A DNA stretch of 57,972 nucleotides, counting the filler, from Ionaspis alba (taxonomy: Eukaryota), in assembly GCA_964255285.1 (NCBI GenBank). It is 3 parts of 3 records of this genome, joined end to end, with 100 filler letters (N's around TTAATTAATTAA, not from the genome) between each part and the next. Parts side by side here need not be neighbours in the genome. Positions count along the whole stretch, not along the records: positions 19,367 to 38,624 come from CAXUUL010000270.1; positions 38,725 to 57,972 come from CAXUUL010000271.1; 1 more part is not named here. The stretch is one strand, 5' to 3'. The notes below the pieces were generated by a model. That model was not told the origin of the DNA. It saw only the letters and a program-made list of their open reading frames with translations, and searched no databases. The position numbers and the translations under genes are program-made. Shown here piece by piece: positions 35,745 to 49,334 of this stretch (position 1 is its first letter; every line of letters begins with the position of its first letter).

Positions 35745-37964
35745 ATGGCGACGTCCGGTACAGCTTCACCGCAAAGGGGCAAACGCTCACGCGATGAGCT
35801 CGAGGCACAAGATGCTCCTGCCGGCGCAAGCACCACTGCAAAGCAAGACCAAGGCACTCCACATCCTTCTTCGTTGCCTCTACAAACACTGATAGAACTC
35901 CTCTAGATACGTCCTCCGACGATGATATCGGTCCCGCGCTCCCTTCCACCGCTCCTGCAAAAAAGAAGCGCAAACTCCCTTACGAGAAACTCTACATTTC
36001 TGCCCTCCCCTCTTCGCCGCGCTATTCCAAATCGTTGATGCACAAAGAGCAGCTGGCTTTCGTGACCATAACGCCCTTCGCCGATTTCTTGATTACGAGC
36101 TCTGTCGACGGGGTGGTCAAGTTCTGGAAGAAAGTCGCGGTGGGGATTGAGTTCGTCAAGGAGTTCAAAACTCATTCGGGCGAGATCAGGGCTGTGGGGG
36201 TGAGTGCTGATGGGAGGAGTTTTGCAAGTGCGGGGGCGGATGGAGTGGTGGCGATTTTTGATGTGGTTACTTTCGGTGAGTTGTGGCTCCTCGAAAAAGA
36301 AGGAGAAACATGATGCTGACTAGTATTAGATCTGCTGGCCATTATACAGTTGAGAGGTAGTCCAAAGTCTTTATGTTGGGTCCATAAGCGAGGAGCCTCA
36401 ATGCCTCTGCTAGCAGTATCAGAGGAGGCCGGCAACGACATCAAGATCTACGACGGCCGAGGCGAATCTCAAGAGCCAGTTGAAACGATATCCGACATCC
36501 ACCACAGCCCCGTCATCCTCATGTCCTACAACAATACCTACGACTGCGTAATCTCTGCGGACTCGAACGGCATGATCGAATACTGGCGCCCCACGGGCAC
36601 CCACGAGAAACCCCCCAACGTTTTCCAATACAAAAGCTCAACCAACCTTTTCGAGTTCAAAAAAGCCAAATCCCTCCCCTCCTCCCTCACCATCTCCCCC
36701 ACAGGCACCCACTTCGCCACCTTCTCCTTCCCCGACCGCAAAGTCCGGATCTTCGACTTCGCAACAGGCAAACTCCACCGCACCTACGACGAATCCCTCT
36801 CCACCCTCACAGACATGCAAACAGCGGGAACCGCCCTGCAAAAACTCGACGACGTCGAATTCGGCCGACGGCTAGCCATCGAACGCGACCTGGACAACCC
36901 CACGCAGCGGAACAAACCGACCATCATCTTCGACGAATCAGGCCACTTCATCCTCTACGGCTCCCTCCCCGGCATCAAAGTCCTCAACACCCACACCAAC
37001 CGCGTCGTAAAAGTCTATGGCGCTACCGAGCCCTTCCGCGCTCTGAATCTCGCTCTATACCAAGGCGCGCCGCAGCGCAAGGGGGTCGTGACCGCGCAAA
37101 TGGCCGCGAGCGCCAATCCCCTCTTGCAAGAAGCCGAAGAGCGGGACCCCATGCTCGTGGCCACGGGCGCGGGAAAAGTCCGCTTCTACATCTTCACAAA
37201 CGAGGAGGAAATCAGCAAAGCGGAGCGGGACGTGCAGAATGAGAAGCCGCGGCATTTGGGAACGGGGGCGGGAAAGGCGGTGGAGGCGAGAGCGGCGGAG
37301 ATGGGGTCTGCGGCGGTGTTGCATACGACGATGGGGGATATTCATTTGAGATTGTTTCCGGAAGCGGCGCCGAAGACAGTGGAGAATTTTGTCGGGTTGG
37401 CGAGGAGGGGTTATTATAATGGGACGATTTTCCATCGGGTTATAAGGAAGTTTATGATTCAGGTGAGTGTTGGTCGTTGTGTCTGCACCAGCCTTTTTGT
37501 CGATTCTCCTTGTACCCCCTTTTTGATCTTGCTTCTCTTTGCTATTCGACTCCCCAATACGATCTCTTATTGCCCCTTTCCTGCTCTCTTGCTGTCACTC
37601 CTGCCGTCCCGTCCTCTGTCCTCGGTCGCTCACTTTAAGGTATTTGCTGACGGCCTCACAGGGTGGCGACCCTCTTGGCGATGGTACTGGAGGCACCAGT
37701 ATATGGGGCCACGAGTTCGCGGACGAGTTCTCAACATTGAAACATGACAAGCCGTATACGGTCAGCATGGCAAATGCAGGTCCGAACACCAATGGATCTC
37801 AGTTCTTCATCACAACAGAGAAAGCGCCTTGGCTAGATAAAAAGCACACGATTTTTGGTCGGGCGGTTCAGGGATTGGATGTTGTGCATAAGATTGAGAA
37901 TGTGAGAGTATACAAGGAGAAGCCGGAGGAGGATATCAAGATTGTGAGCATTTCTGTCGTGTAG
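35745..37964 (+). CDS. cyp15: WD40-repeat cyclophilin peptidyl-prolyl isomerase (PPWD1/Cyp15)
   Basis: [88 protein letters not shown]. Confidence 0.95.
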
Positions 37965-38624
37965 GGTGTGGAGCCGGGTTCCTATGACAATAGTGGCAAA
38001 GCTAGGAGGAGTGAATGTGCCGGAAGTAGTAGATACATGGTGAATGAAAGCTCGAGGAGCCTTCCATGCTCTTCACTGGATCACACAGTAGGTGTGCTGC
38101 AATGTATCTATATTGGTCGAGCCATCAAACGGGAACTCATTGGACTAGTCTGACCTTTCTGGTCGTGGCAGTCGCCTTCGCTGTAAAGGGTGGTTACCGC
38201 ATATATCCTCTTCTTGCTGTGTCATCGTGAGGCTCTCGAAGGCTTGCTGCCTGCGGAGGGCCGTCTTCTCGAGAACTGTTGTATGTTCCAATGGCCCAGG
38301 ACGATTGTTGGTAAGGTGGATCTTGACCTGGTCAGGTTGTCGTAATATCTCGTTCTGAAGAGGGCAGTGTTTGTAGTCTTCACGTGGCATCATCGCCGAG
38401 CGGAACTCGTGAATCGTCAGATCGTGCTTGTTGCCCGATTGTGTAGAGACTTGAGAAGATCCTTCGTTTGAGCCACTCATCCCATGTGTGCTAGGGTCCC
38501 GTGCCACAGGTTTTGCTGGCCCTTGCATTGGCCTGCACGGGCCATTGCACGGCGGCCTTGCTTTGCCAAATATGACTGCTCCATTTTCTTGTAGCGGGCC
38601 AGGTGGGTTAGCGTCTGAGCTTAC

Positions 38625-38724
38625 NNNNNNNNNNNNNNNNNNNNNNNNNNNNNNNNNNNNNNNNNNNNTTAATTAATTAANNNNNNNNNNNNNNNNNNNN
38701 NNNNNNNNNNNNNNNNNNNNNNNN
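38625..38724. other. Assembly spacer (N44-TTAATTAATTAA-N44)
   Basis: Same 100-bp linker as at 19267. Confidence 0.97.
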
Positions 38725-40705
38725 CCATTTCAAGCAAATGGTGGCGAAATCAGACAAGACCTTCCTATCGAGATACGTCAATATTATGCTGGAATCGGGA
38801 GCTGGTCCAACGGTGCAGGAGGCCTTGAAGAACCCAGCCCTTCTCTCAATGGTCATTCAGATTTCTGCGCTGGCTTTTGCACATAAAGATGAATCACTTG
38901 CCAATGGTATCATGACGGCCGTTGAGAACATCATACGCGATGCTGGAACTGCTCATCTAGAAGGGCCTGATTATGTGTCGTTGCTGGGAACTATCAGGGC
39001 TTGTCAGGAGCAGACTGTCGCCTTCAAATGGTCGTTCCTTTATGAATCAGTTGAGCGCAAAATCGCGAAAGTTAGCATGCTCCGGGGGGTTCCTACGAGA
39101 AGTCTGCCATTAGCAGTTCTTCAGTCTCTGATGATGTGGTTGCAATCCCTACAGAGCTTTCCAGAGGACCGGATTCTCCATCTCAAATGCAACACTGGAA
39201 TAAGTACTATTGTGGTATGGTGCCATCATATATTAGGACTAAATGTCACCATCCGCCAATACGGTATCGCCATCAAGTTTGGGGAGGGAAACAGCAACAT
39301 CTATGTGGAAAATAGTGGTGAAGCACAAGTACGCGTATCCTTGATGGATGCCGTAGATAAGCATGAGGTGCTTTTCTCCATATCAAGCACCGACGAGGAC
39401 CCTGTGTTGGAGTCTGAGAGCCGAATAGATGCTTACGGTTACGGTACGAAGGTTCTAGAATATATGCGGCTGGGTGATGCAGACATGAACGAATGTTTAC
39501 ACCATGTGGTCGCTGGTGCTATCAAGATCATTAGAAGCTCGGCCGGCTTTGATAGATCAGAGAAGAAAGGTCTGGCCTCATACTCGGGTGAAGTCACGGA
39601 AAACACCATTCTTGACGCTGCGAGATTCCTTTTCGCTACAGACCAACTCGACATAGAGATGCTCCTAAGCGACCGAGTACCGAGGTGGCGTAGTGCGAGT
39701 CGCTCCGGTCTCGACATCTCTGTACTCTCTGCCATACTACTTACCTTCGCTCGAATCAAGGAGTTGGATCGGTGCAAGAATATGCCACTTTCAACAATAG
39801 GTCTTTCTCAGCTCAAAGAGGACTTTCCTGAGCTCGAGGGGTTCATTAGCAAGTCCCACGATGGTATGCCAAATTTACTGTGGTCGTTTAGGTTGTTGTC
39901 TCGTCTCCTGCTGGGCCGGACGTATTCGGAAGAAAAGGTCGCGTCTGCCGTCTTGACGAGTGCTCAGGGCTGGAGCATTTTTCTGGATTCTATCGACGCT
40001 GCCGACCCTCTGGAGATCTCCAGAGACTTCATGCATATCGCGCTTGGCGTCCCGTCCCGTAAGGGCCAACGTAGAACACGAATTATTGATGGGCCTGTCG
40101 ATACCCTTTTACCGCTTATCAAAGATACGATAACAGTGCCGGAAGTGACGCTCCGATACTGCTACTCAATCGGAGGTGCTAGATGGCGCTCTACTTTGGT
40201 CGGCCACTATGGCGTTGACGCTTTTTCTGTCACACAACTCTTCCAATGGGACCACACTTCTGGTCACTCCGTCAAGCACAAATCCGGCTTACGACAAATA
40301 GTCGACGCCTGTGTATTGTCAAGTTTCTTGCCTAAATGTCAGTGTCAGCATGGCATCAAGGACATGAGGACTTGGATAGACGAAAGGCTTGGCATGGCCA
40401 ATTCTTCCGGTTTCAAATACGAAACGCACATGTCCTTGGCTTCCGAGGAAAGCTCAACCTCGGAACGACTCTTTTCCAGAATTTCGTCATCCAAATCAGT
40501 CCGCTCACCTTTGACTGATAAGAGAGTGTGGTTCTTCTTCGTCGGGGAGAGTCCAGCAGCAAGATGGTTGCAATTGGTAGATTTGAACGCCCAGTGCCAA
40601 GATCGGAAACCCTCTGTTGTCGTACGCGGTAACGATTGCTGCCTTGCCTGCGCTGTGGGCGCAGATCTGACCGAGAACCTCGGTGACGTATTGGTGTTGC
40701 TGTAA
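38725..40705 (+). CDS. Uncharacterised fungal protein, probably 5'-truncated by gap; C-terminal CxC and CCxxC motifs
   Basis: Intronless 655-aa ORF starting next to the gap and ending ...RGNDCCLACAVG...; no recognisable domain. Confidence 0.7.
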
Positions 40706-40942
40706 AGTCGCAGGCATTAAGCAATGTTGACGAGGGAAAAGATCACAATTCAGATCTATGTCCACATGGGAACCTAGATAGATGCAAATTCAATGCAAAG
40801 ACGACTGTTGCAAGCAACCGGTTGGAGTCATGTACGTGTGTTGAAAGGAAATGCAATACTTTGAGAGATCGTGGATTTAGCAGAATGTTTTGTCGTCGAA
40901 GCACTAATACCAACCACCATGAACGAGAAATATTGGTCATGC

Positions 40943-41833
40943 TCAACTCCCCTTCTCCTTCACCGCCTCCTCCTTGCTCCTCCTCTCCAATATCTCATCC
41001 ACAATACCCATCTCCAGCGCTTCCTCCGCCCCCATAAACTTATCCCTCTCCATCAACCGCTCGATCTTCTCCATTGACCAATCGCCCCTGGACAAATGCT
41101 TCTTATAAATCCCATTCAGTTGCTCCCTGACCCTCAAAATCTCTTTGGCATGAATAGCAATATCGCTAGCCTGACCGAAATAGCCTCCGCTGGGCTGATG
41201 TACCATAATGCTCGAATGTGGTAGAGCGAAGCGTTTCCCCGGCGTGCCTCCACAAAGTAGCAGGGAGCCCATAGAGGCTGCTTGACCCACGCAGATAGTT
41301 GTTACGGGGGAGGCGATGTAGGTCATTGTGTCGTAGATAGCGAGGCCGGCCGTGACAGAGCCGCCAGGTGTATTTATGTAGAGGGATATGGGTTTGGAGG
41401 GGGCGTCCGCTTCGAGGAAGAGGAGTTGAGCGACTATGGATGCAGAGACGGTCTCGTCGACTTGGCCATTGAGACAAACGATTCGCTCCTAGGGCAAGGA
41501 TAAGCTTGGGAGACTTAGTGGTGGGAGCTGGTGTCGTACCTTTAATAGGCGGGAGAATATGTCGTCTGAGAGAGTTGATCAGCCTGACAATGGAGAGACT
41601 CAGAACAGAAAGGTCATACATGTGTGCCAACCACCTCCCTACGCAGTCAGTCTAAAATTCCGGTCCTCCAGGAAGTCGATCGGACATACCACTGTCTCCG
41701 TCACGTACGGTGTGGGCGTCCACCCTTGAGATGCTTGCCCCTTAGGTATACCGGACAAGGCTCTGAACTGAAGTTTTGAGGCATTGTGTAATGCGGCTGC
41801 ACTGAGCACCCGCGGTCTACAGAGCCCGAGCAT
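40943..41833 (-). CDS. clpP: Mitochondrial ATP-dependent Clp protease proteolytic subunit
   Basis: [66 protein letters not shown]-terminal presequence and short exons. Confidence 0.95.
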
Positions 41834-41982
41834 TGCCTTTTCAGAATAGCTGTAGATGTGTTTGATAGCTGGCGCAAAACATGGTGACAAAAACCTTGGC
41901 TCGGAGCTTCCTCGCCGCATAACCCTAATCAGTTCTCGTCACCTCTCTACTCTACTTGCCCCCATCAAGCGTCACGAATGTG

Positions 41983-43438
41983 ATGATAAGAAGCATATCG
42001 AAGGCACGTAATCCCTTACCTCACACTCTGAAGAACCATGTCAAGCGAGCTCTATCAACCGGCAATACCTCCAGCGAAGTGGAGGCATCGGACTCTCTTC
42101 CAGAAGCAACTACAAAGATACACAAACAAATCTACTCAGGGCCAAAGCGAAGCCTAGGAAAGCTGAAATCGCCCAGCAATGAAGATGTCTTTGGTCTGCT
42201 CCAAGACATCCAGCATGATCTTGCAGCTACTTCCAACCTGGGAGAGGAAGGGGGGCCAGATATGGCCAGCTCCAAGCCCTCGTCCTCTCCCTCGATAGAA
42301 GATATGCCGCTCTCTCCTTTGATGCACCCCAAGCTCGTGGCAGCACGAAGGCGACATCTCGAAGCAAAGCCACTACCCAGCAAGGACCTAACGGACTTTG
42401 AAACACTACTTGCGAAAAACCCTTTTGGTATATTTGTCCTTTCCCTTCCCTTTCCCGGTTCACCCAAGTAGTGCCGGAGTCACTACGAGCTAATCACAAT
42501 GCACTTTGTCAGCCAATATGCTTACCTCCCCCGTTCGCCGCTGTATCCTGACTGGCAACCGGCTTCCCACCTCTCTCCTCCTATCCCTCTCCATTCGCAA
42601 CCACCCCCGAACCAACGATCCCTGGCTGGTGCCCCTCGGCTTCGCCGTAACAAAAGATGAGCTAGCCCGGGAGGCCGCCGAGCTGGCGCGACAATCTCCC
42701 CCGCCTCCTGCTCAGCCTTCAATGGACGACGAAGAGCCCTCGAGTGAGATCAATGAGACCGAGGCCACGGTCCCGCCTGGCGCGAGCAAATACTATGTCC
42801 CGAAGGCCTCGGCTGCCCTTCCCTCTCTACCTAGCCCAAAACCACCGACGCTCTACATCACCGCGTCATATTCGTCCTTGGTTTACCTAACGTCTCTCCG
42901 CAAGCGGCCCCTCCAGCTGATGCTCCCCATAGCCTTCAGAGCGGCCATGGGTGCGAAAGCCAGCGCCCTTGTCGTCCGAGAGGACATGCCTGACTTCGTG
43001 CTCGGTCTTTATCGAGCCAAGATAACACGCTTGTTACGCTACCTAGCCGACTCGACGGCAAAAGGCAAGGGCTACTTGCGGGGAAGCAACGATGTCGAAT
43101 CCGTGGGATCTGTGCTCCAAATTGGCGCTATCGTGGTACTGAGCGGGCAGGAGCTGAGTGCGAGGGTGTGGGAAGAGATGAAAGCTGTGAGGGCTATGGA
43201 AGGGAGGGAAGGCGGAGAAGTGCCAGTTTTTGACCTTGTCGAGATACTGGGGAAGGAAGGGGTGACGGAGCTAAGGGAACGGCGGACAGTGGATGAGCAG
43301 CGGAAGGGAAGTGTGCTGAGGTTTGATGTGGTGGTTATTAAGAGAAAGAAGTTGACAAGAGAGGTGGTGGAGTGGTTGTGGAGGTTAAAGGGATATATGG
43401 AGGGTATGCATAACGGGAATGCAAACGGAAACGAGTGA
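41983..43438 (+). CDS. Putative mitochondrial Rrg8-like protein
   Basis: Spliced motif LAKNPF/ANMLTSPVRRCILTGNRLP resembles Rrg8-family N-P-F-A-x-x-L-x-S/T-P-x-R; one intron at ~42428-42511. Family assignment is from memory. Confidence 0.6.
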
Positions 43439-43787
43439 GCAAGTCTGGGAATGAACTGAAGCTAAGTGGAATGAATGTCTCCGCTTTGTGGCGCACGAAG
43501 AGCTGTGTTTTGGGCGACGACATGCACATTTTGTGATACCCCATTCAGCTCTCTGTATAAACATCGACCAGGACAAGTGTGTCTATATAGTGGAAGCCGA
43601 TTACGTCTGTCAATAGATTAAATGCGATTCTTTTCATACTATCCTGTGATAGGATGAACACCAGAGATCCAAGATGGGTATTCACGCCAACTCCACGAGC
43701 CATCCTGATCCATGCCTGTAACGAGCAAAGCCACGCTCCAGAGCCACATCCCGGACCTCGATATCCTCGGCACCACCAGCCCTGGGT

Positions 43788-46700
43788 TCAAGGCAGATAC
43801 GCCCCACTAGCCAAAACAAGATTCATCCTCGTAAACCTAACCTTATACACCGGACTCTTCTTCGTCGGGAACGCACTAATCTGATCGGGCGTAACCACAA
43901 CCTCCTTCCCCTTCTTCTTCCCGCCACCGGCTCCACCAGCCTGACCTGCACCGTCGATCTTTGCGCCTGTTCCACCTTCTCCCACTATTTTGCCCTGACC
44001 CGGTGCATCGCTTGGTCCAGCAACGTCCCATACCCGTACAGTACCGTCCATACCACCGGAGACAAGGACGGTGGACTCCGCACTCCAGCTCAACGACCAT
44101 ATGCCGCCCTTGCCGTGTCCACGCATGCGCTTAAGCAGGCGACCAGGTCCCAGATCCCAGAGGACGATTGTGCCCGCATCGTCTGCCGAAGCAAGGATCT
44201 TCCCGCTAGGCGAACAAGCCAAGGCGGTTATGTTACCAGTATGTCCCGTAAACATACGAACAGGATACCCATTCGTGACAGCCCACATGCGGACATGCTT
44301 GTCGCTGCTGCCGGTAAAGACATAGGCACTATTCGGATGGAATGCGACGGTATCGACGTCCTGGTCGTGGCCGACGAAGAGCCGAAGATAGGAGATATTA
44401 TCTGTGGTCCACAAGCGAGCGGTGCGATCTGCACCTCCAGTCAGGAAGTAGTGGCCGAAAGGACCCCAAGTGACGTCCCAAACAGGACCATCGTGGCCCT
44501 TGTAGACGACGAGACAGGCCCAGGCATCAAGAGACCAGAGACGGACGCTTTTATCTGCGGAGCAGGAAAGGAGATATTTGGAAGAGGTCGATGGGACTGT
44601 AGGATCTGCAGGTGCAGAGGGATCGGCCGGGGCGATTGCGGGTGAGAAGGAAACGTTGTAGACGGGCCCGGAATGGCCGACTAGGCGGCGAGATGCTTGG
44701 GGTTGCTGGCCGGGCATTGCGGATGGGAGAGCTTTGCCGTCGAGACTCCAGACGCGGATGTAGGATTCGGCCATGCCGGCTGCGATGAGGAGGTTGTCTT
44801 GGGAGATGTCGAGGCAATTAATACTAAATGTGAGACCATGATATTAGTCTAATTATTCATTGGGCTAAAAGACTCGAGACTTACCCGTCGTAAGTATTGT
44901 GGAAGGTGTACATGACAACGCTGACTGCAGGGCCAACACCGCCTGTACGACCTTCGATTCGAAATCGATCACGATTCTCCTTAACTTTTTGGACTTCCAT
45001 CAAGACATCTCGTTGGAGAGACGGCGGTAGAGGAACATCGGTCCGACTCGGAGCATCATCACTTTCCTCACGCTTGATATGTTGATCAAATTCCTGCATC
45101 AGCGAATTCTGGCCTTCCGCTGGGGGGTTCTTGGCGTCTTCATCCTCGAGTTCCGCTTGAACGTCGGCAAGAAGCTCAGGTTCCATAGGTAATGGACCAA
45201 GCTTGAGTCGTGTCAGAACATTCGAACCAGCGTTACGGTCTGTGTTTGCTGAGCCAGCATTGTGTCCAGGAATACCTTCGTCTTCGGCTGGGAAATCCTC
45301 CACCGTCTTGGCTCTCCCCAGCATTTTGGCCAGGCTGTATTTGTCATCTGCGACTCGATCGACAGTAACAATGTTGAGGTGAGTTTGAAGCACACTGATC
45401 ATCACCGAGCCGCCTTCTCGTTCCCTGCTCTCGAGGAATTGAACGAGATTGAAGAATGCTACAGAGCTTAGGGTGAGTCGGTATTTTGAGCCACGATATA
45501 TCTTGGCAATGGGATTTTCTTGGACATGTTCGGGAAGGCTGACAGGTTCCAGGGCACGGATATCGTCAGAGTGCTCGCGTTCAAAGCGTCCTTTAAAGGT
45601 ATTGAAGAAGGTCTTGCTCTGTTGGGTATAGTATTCGCAGACGGCATTGAGGAATGAGTACACAAACAAGGGCCAGAGTATCCGACGGAGTTCGGGCTAT
45701 GACTTTGTCAGCTGAAATAAACTATGTCCAGGAATAGCCAGACTTTGTATATATCTAAATTCTCCTCAATCCACCGGGCTGTCATATCTGCACTCCCAAG
45801 TCAGATCATCAAGCTCCTGGGTGCATTCACATGGGGCTCAAAGCCATACCAAATCCTCTCGCGTACTTTGCACCGCCGGCATCCTCAGCTCTGGAGGCGA
45901 TTGGTCGGCCTTCATGATCTTGAGTTGCGGCTTCGGCACGCAGCATAGCCTCGGTGCGGCTGTAGCCTTTCTTCGAGAGGTATTCTATGACCTGCTTCTT
46001 ATCAGTATAAGCCATTTTACGAGCCCTTGAATAATGTGAAATGAAGAGGAAGAAGAGAGATATCGAAAATGGATAGAGAAATGGAAATCGAATGCTGTGT
46101 AACTGAGAGGTGAGTGAATTAAATGGTGTGTAAGAAAGCCAGAACCGCACAGATGAAACCTCAGTACGCCCAATGCACTCGATTCCACATTTTCCAGAGA
46201 ACATGGCCCGCTTTGATGCACCACATCCGTGTAGTTTGCATGGAGTAATCGTTGTGACCACCGACAGCGGATGCTGAGCACGCGGTTGAGGATGCCGCTG
46301 AGCCTGGAGCTTAGAGTGGGAGCAGAGATCCACCATCTTATTCAACTTGCCTGGGGTATTATGATATTCGGGTGGACGATGCATTGTTGAGGCATTTCCA
46401 GATATTAGAGCTCGTCTCCTCTTTTCTCATGCAGACTGTGGTGCTTTCAGATCTGCTGGAATCGATGCCTGTAATGTTTATGCGCTAAATTCGCGTCTCG
46501 TTGAAGGACATTATCGTGGCGTAGCCAGACGTTTCCGCCCGACACAACCAACACATGCATGGCTCTTTCCTGGACGGCTTACTCTGCCTGGCGGAGAAGT
46601 GCATCACCCTATGGAAGGCGCACAACACAGTTTCAAAACTGGTGGGCAGCCTCCCACAATCCTTTACAGGTGTCCCAAGACCTTGGCCCAGAATAGAACG

Positions 46701-47001
46701 CATATTTGTCTCGACGAAAGTCCTCCATTCTCGAGCGCTACGCAAGTTCATTCCCGGGCAGATTATACACAAACAACGCATTCGAGAAAGAAGGACCGCA
46801 AAATGCAAGAGACTATCTTCAGAGAGATATTCGAAGCCTTACAATTTGATTCAAATTCTGCTGTGACATAGTTCCTCCCACCACAGCATTCTCATTTCCC
46901 CTCGATTGAGGAGGTAAAGTCATCCCCCCATTAACACCACCACCACCACCTGGAGGTCGAGAGGTAGAGCCTGAAGCGCTGTTGGGGGCCTGCGCAGCCA
47001 T
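43788..47001 (-). CDS. TAF5: TFIID/SAGA subunit TAF5
   Basis: LisH (NQI/VIEYLSKKGYSRTEAMLRAE), NTD2 and WD40 repeats (GHSGPVY, GHDGPVWDV, GHDQDV, FPTKKSPVYKVRFTRMNLVLA). Confidence 0.96.
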
Positions 47002-47369
47002 TGTCGAAGAATCTCCAGCTATTCTGGATGTTTGCTAAAGGAGCATAACAACATTATCGCAACCTGTCTGGAATCAGGGAAGGTGCATTGCAGAGTCGTC
47101 AAGTCTGATATGCGGCTCATATAGAGTTTCCGAGCCCATGGTCAAGATCCTTGCTTGGCCTTCTCGGATCGGCCCGAAATGTAGGGGTCCTCAACCTTGA
47201 AGTCACGCATCACCCACCAGTCAACTACACGACATCTACGCAGAATAATAAACTCGTAGCTTTTCTGAGTGTCTACGCTAGGAAACTTGGGGCTCGCGTT
47301 GCGTCAACTTATACATATATATGCCACTAAGTTAGGTGGCATCTCGTTTTCGCCACTACAGTTTACAAC

Positions 47370-48032
47370 ATGGCTGGAGAAGTCGCAAATGTCGTAGAAT
47401 TCACAAGCAGCGATCGCATCAAGCAATTGAATGATATTGATAGAGTTTGTTCTCAGGGGAGGATAATCAGTATAACTTACAGGCTGACAACTGTTTAGGA
47501 TGTGACTAGACTGCTTCACTCCGCAGGTCTTGCTATCAAAGCATTAACTGGCCAGACATCCACTCCCGAAGCTGGCAGCGCATCCGTTTCCAAGCAGAAA
47601 GAATCCTTTACAGCAGCTACTTCGCAATACTTCTCTCTCCTCTCGTCGATCGACGTCCGTCTACGACGACAAGTCTATGCACTAGAAGAAGCAAAGATCA
47701 TCCAAGCAGAAACCGCAAGCAAGGACTCCCATACCAACCACAGTCAGTCACAGACCCTCGCCGTACCTGGAGGAGGAATCACCGGTCCCAATTCGCAGAC
47801 AAGCAAAGAGAGATCAGCTCCCACCAATGGCGGAATGGGCCACCTAGATGTAGGATGGCTGAACAGTCGAAATGATAAGGTTGGGAAGGAGATGGAGGCT
47901 GAGTTATGGGAGAAGGCTAAAGATTTAGTGGAGGTTCTGGTCAGTGAAGAAGAGGGTAGGGGTGGAGGAGAAGACAACACAGACGATATCGACATGGATC
48001 ATGATGAAGTTGTGCAGGTATCAACGCCTTGA
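47370..48032 (+). CDS. MED11: Mediator subunit 11
   Basis: FTSSDRIKQLNDIDR/DVTRLLHSAGLAI...YFSLLSSIDVRLRRQVYALEEA...LDVGWLNSRNDKVGKEMEAELW. Confidence 0.9.
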
Positions 48033-49334
48033 AGATGTTCACTTTCGGACCAAAGATACTAGTCTCCTCGACCCAGTCGAGAAAGCCATTTGAAGAAGCT
48101 AATGTCAATGAAGCTCTCTGCGGTGAGAAGTGCATACTGCATAGCCAATCAGTTCCCGTTTATAGCCAATATGGGATGGTGCCGACCATAAAAGATGTCT
48201 CCGCAAATCCGGTAGCAAAGAAAACTGCACCGACCAAGACAGGTTATGCCAAATAGGCTCTCCAGCCGTTCATTCCAGCTACGCACTTATGGACCCCTCA
48301 TGCGAGTAGGCCACTCGACTATTAAGTTCGGCCTGGCCTCCAGACCCAGCCTTAGCAAGCACCCGTGTCAAACGTAAAAGTCAGTGTCAAGGTCAATATC
48401 TTGATCCTCAGCCTCTTTCCGACCTCTACATGCGGCCTAAGATTTGCTTCAGCCTCGTATCCTGTATGCTCTGTGGTTGGATCTCATTTGCTATGTTATG
48501 CTGGTCTCGTCTCGTGCCGTGATAATAATGGAAGACCATCTTGACAAATTGGCTAGCCTCCGCCTAAAGCTACCTCCTCGTCCCCCATTCCCAGACAACA
48601 GCACCTACTCTGGTAATGATCGAACGATGATCCGCGAATCGTATCAGTCGTGCAACTTGGAGAATAAAAGAAGGTTCGAATGAGGGTGGAAGGCCATTTG
48701 GCTGGCTTCAATATCCATTGGGTTGTCTCGGCATGAGATGAAAACACGGAATTTCCCCACGCCAATTCTACAGCTCGCGAGTCCGTATAAATCAGATGAT
48801 GGTGTACGGACCCAAATTGAGATTCTTTTCCTGCACGTTCATATTATGGAGCTAGGCGAGTATCGGTGTGATGTCGCACCTCGTACAGTGTGGCGATTGC
48901 ATAAGTAGCTCGACCGTAGACGATGCGTCTCTCATGCATAGACTCTAGATATAACAGTCAAGGACTAAGACTCAAAATTCACAGTGGGTTTCCACAAAAA
49001 CACAAGACGCATCACATGCTACAAGAAACCTTGGAGGGTAAAGCCCGGTTCTAGCTGGGCAAATTTCGTTGTGTTATCGATCAACGAATCAAGATACTCA
49101 TGATTTGATAATTCGAAGTAGGCAAAATCCGACAGAGGATGATGATGCCCCAAGTCTGGCGGGCTTGAAGTGCTGAACTCTATTGGACCTGGGAGAGCTG
49201 CAGATCGTGCCAAGCGAGGTTGGGATATGCAGCCGGAGAACCTACAGGCTCCACGGGCAGCTTCACCCCACTGGTCTATAACGACGGTCAAAAGTCTCGA
49301 CATTAGCTCCAACATACCTCGAGTGACTATCGCT

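Noticed and set aside
41920..41928. Second TAACCCTAA as an alternative TER template
   Set aside because: It lies in a ~150-bp divergent promoter between ClpP and the Rrg8-like gene, with no room for a long RNA and no pseudoknot or CR4/5. More likely a telobox-type promoter motif or chance.
4455..48032. Apparent clustering of transcription/RNP genes (cyclin C, SmF, RTP1, TAF5, MED11), with SmF near the Sm-binding TER
   Set aside because: These genes are interspersed with unrelated genes and span two assembly gaps; indistinguishable from chance without comparative statistics.
48256..49300. ~1 kb intergenic region between MED11 and VPS5
   Set aside because: Only short ORFs without motifs, and no ncRNA signature that I could identify.
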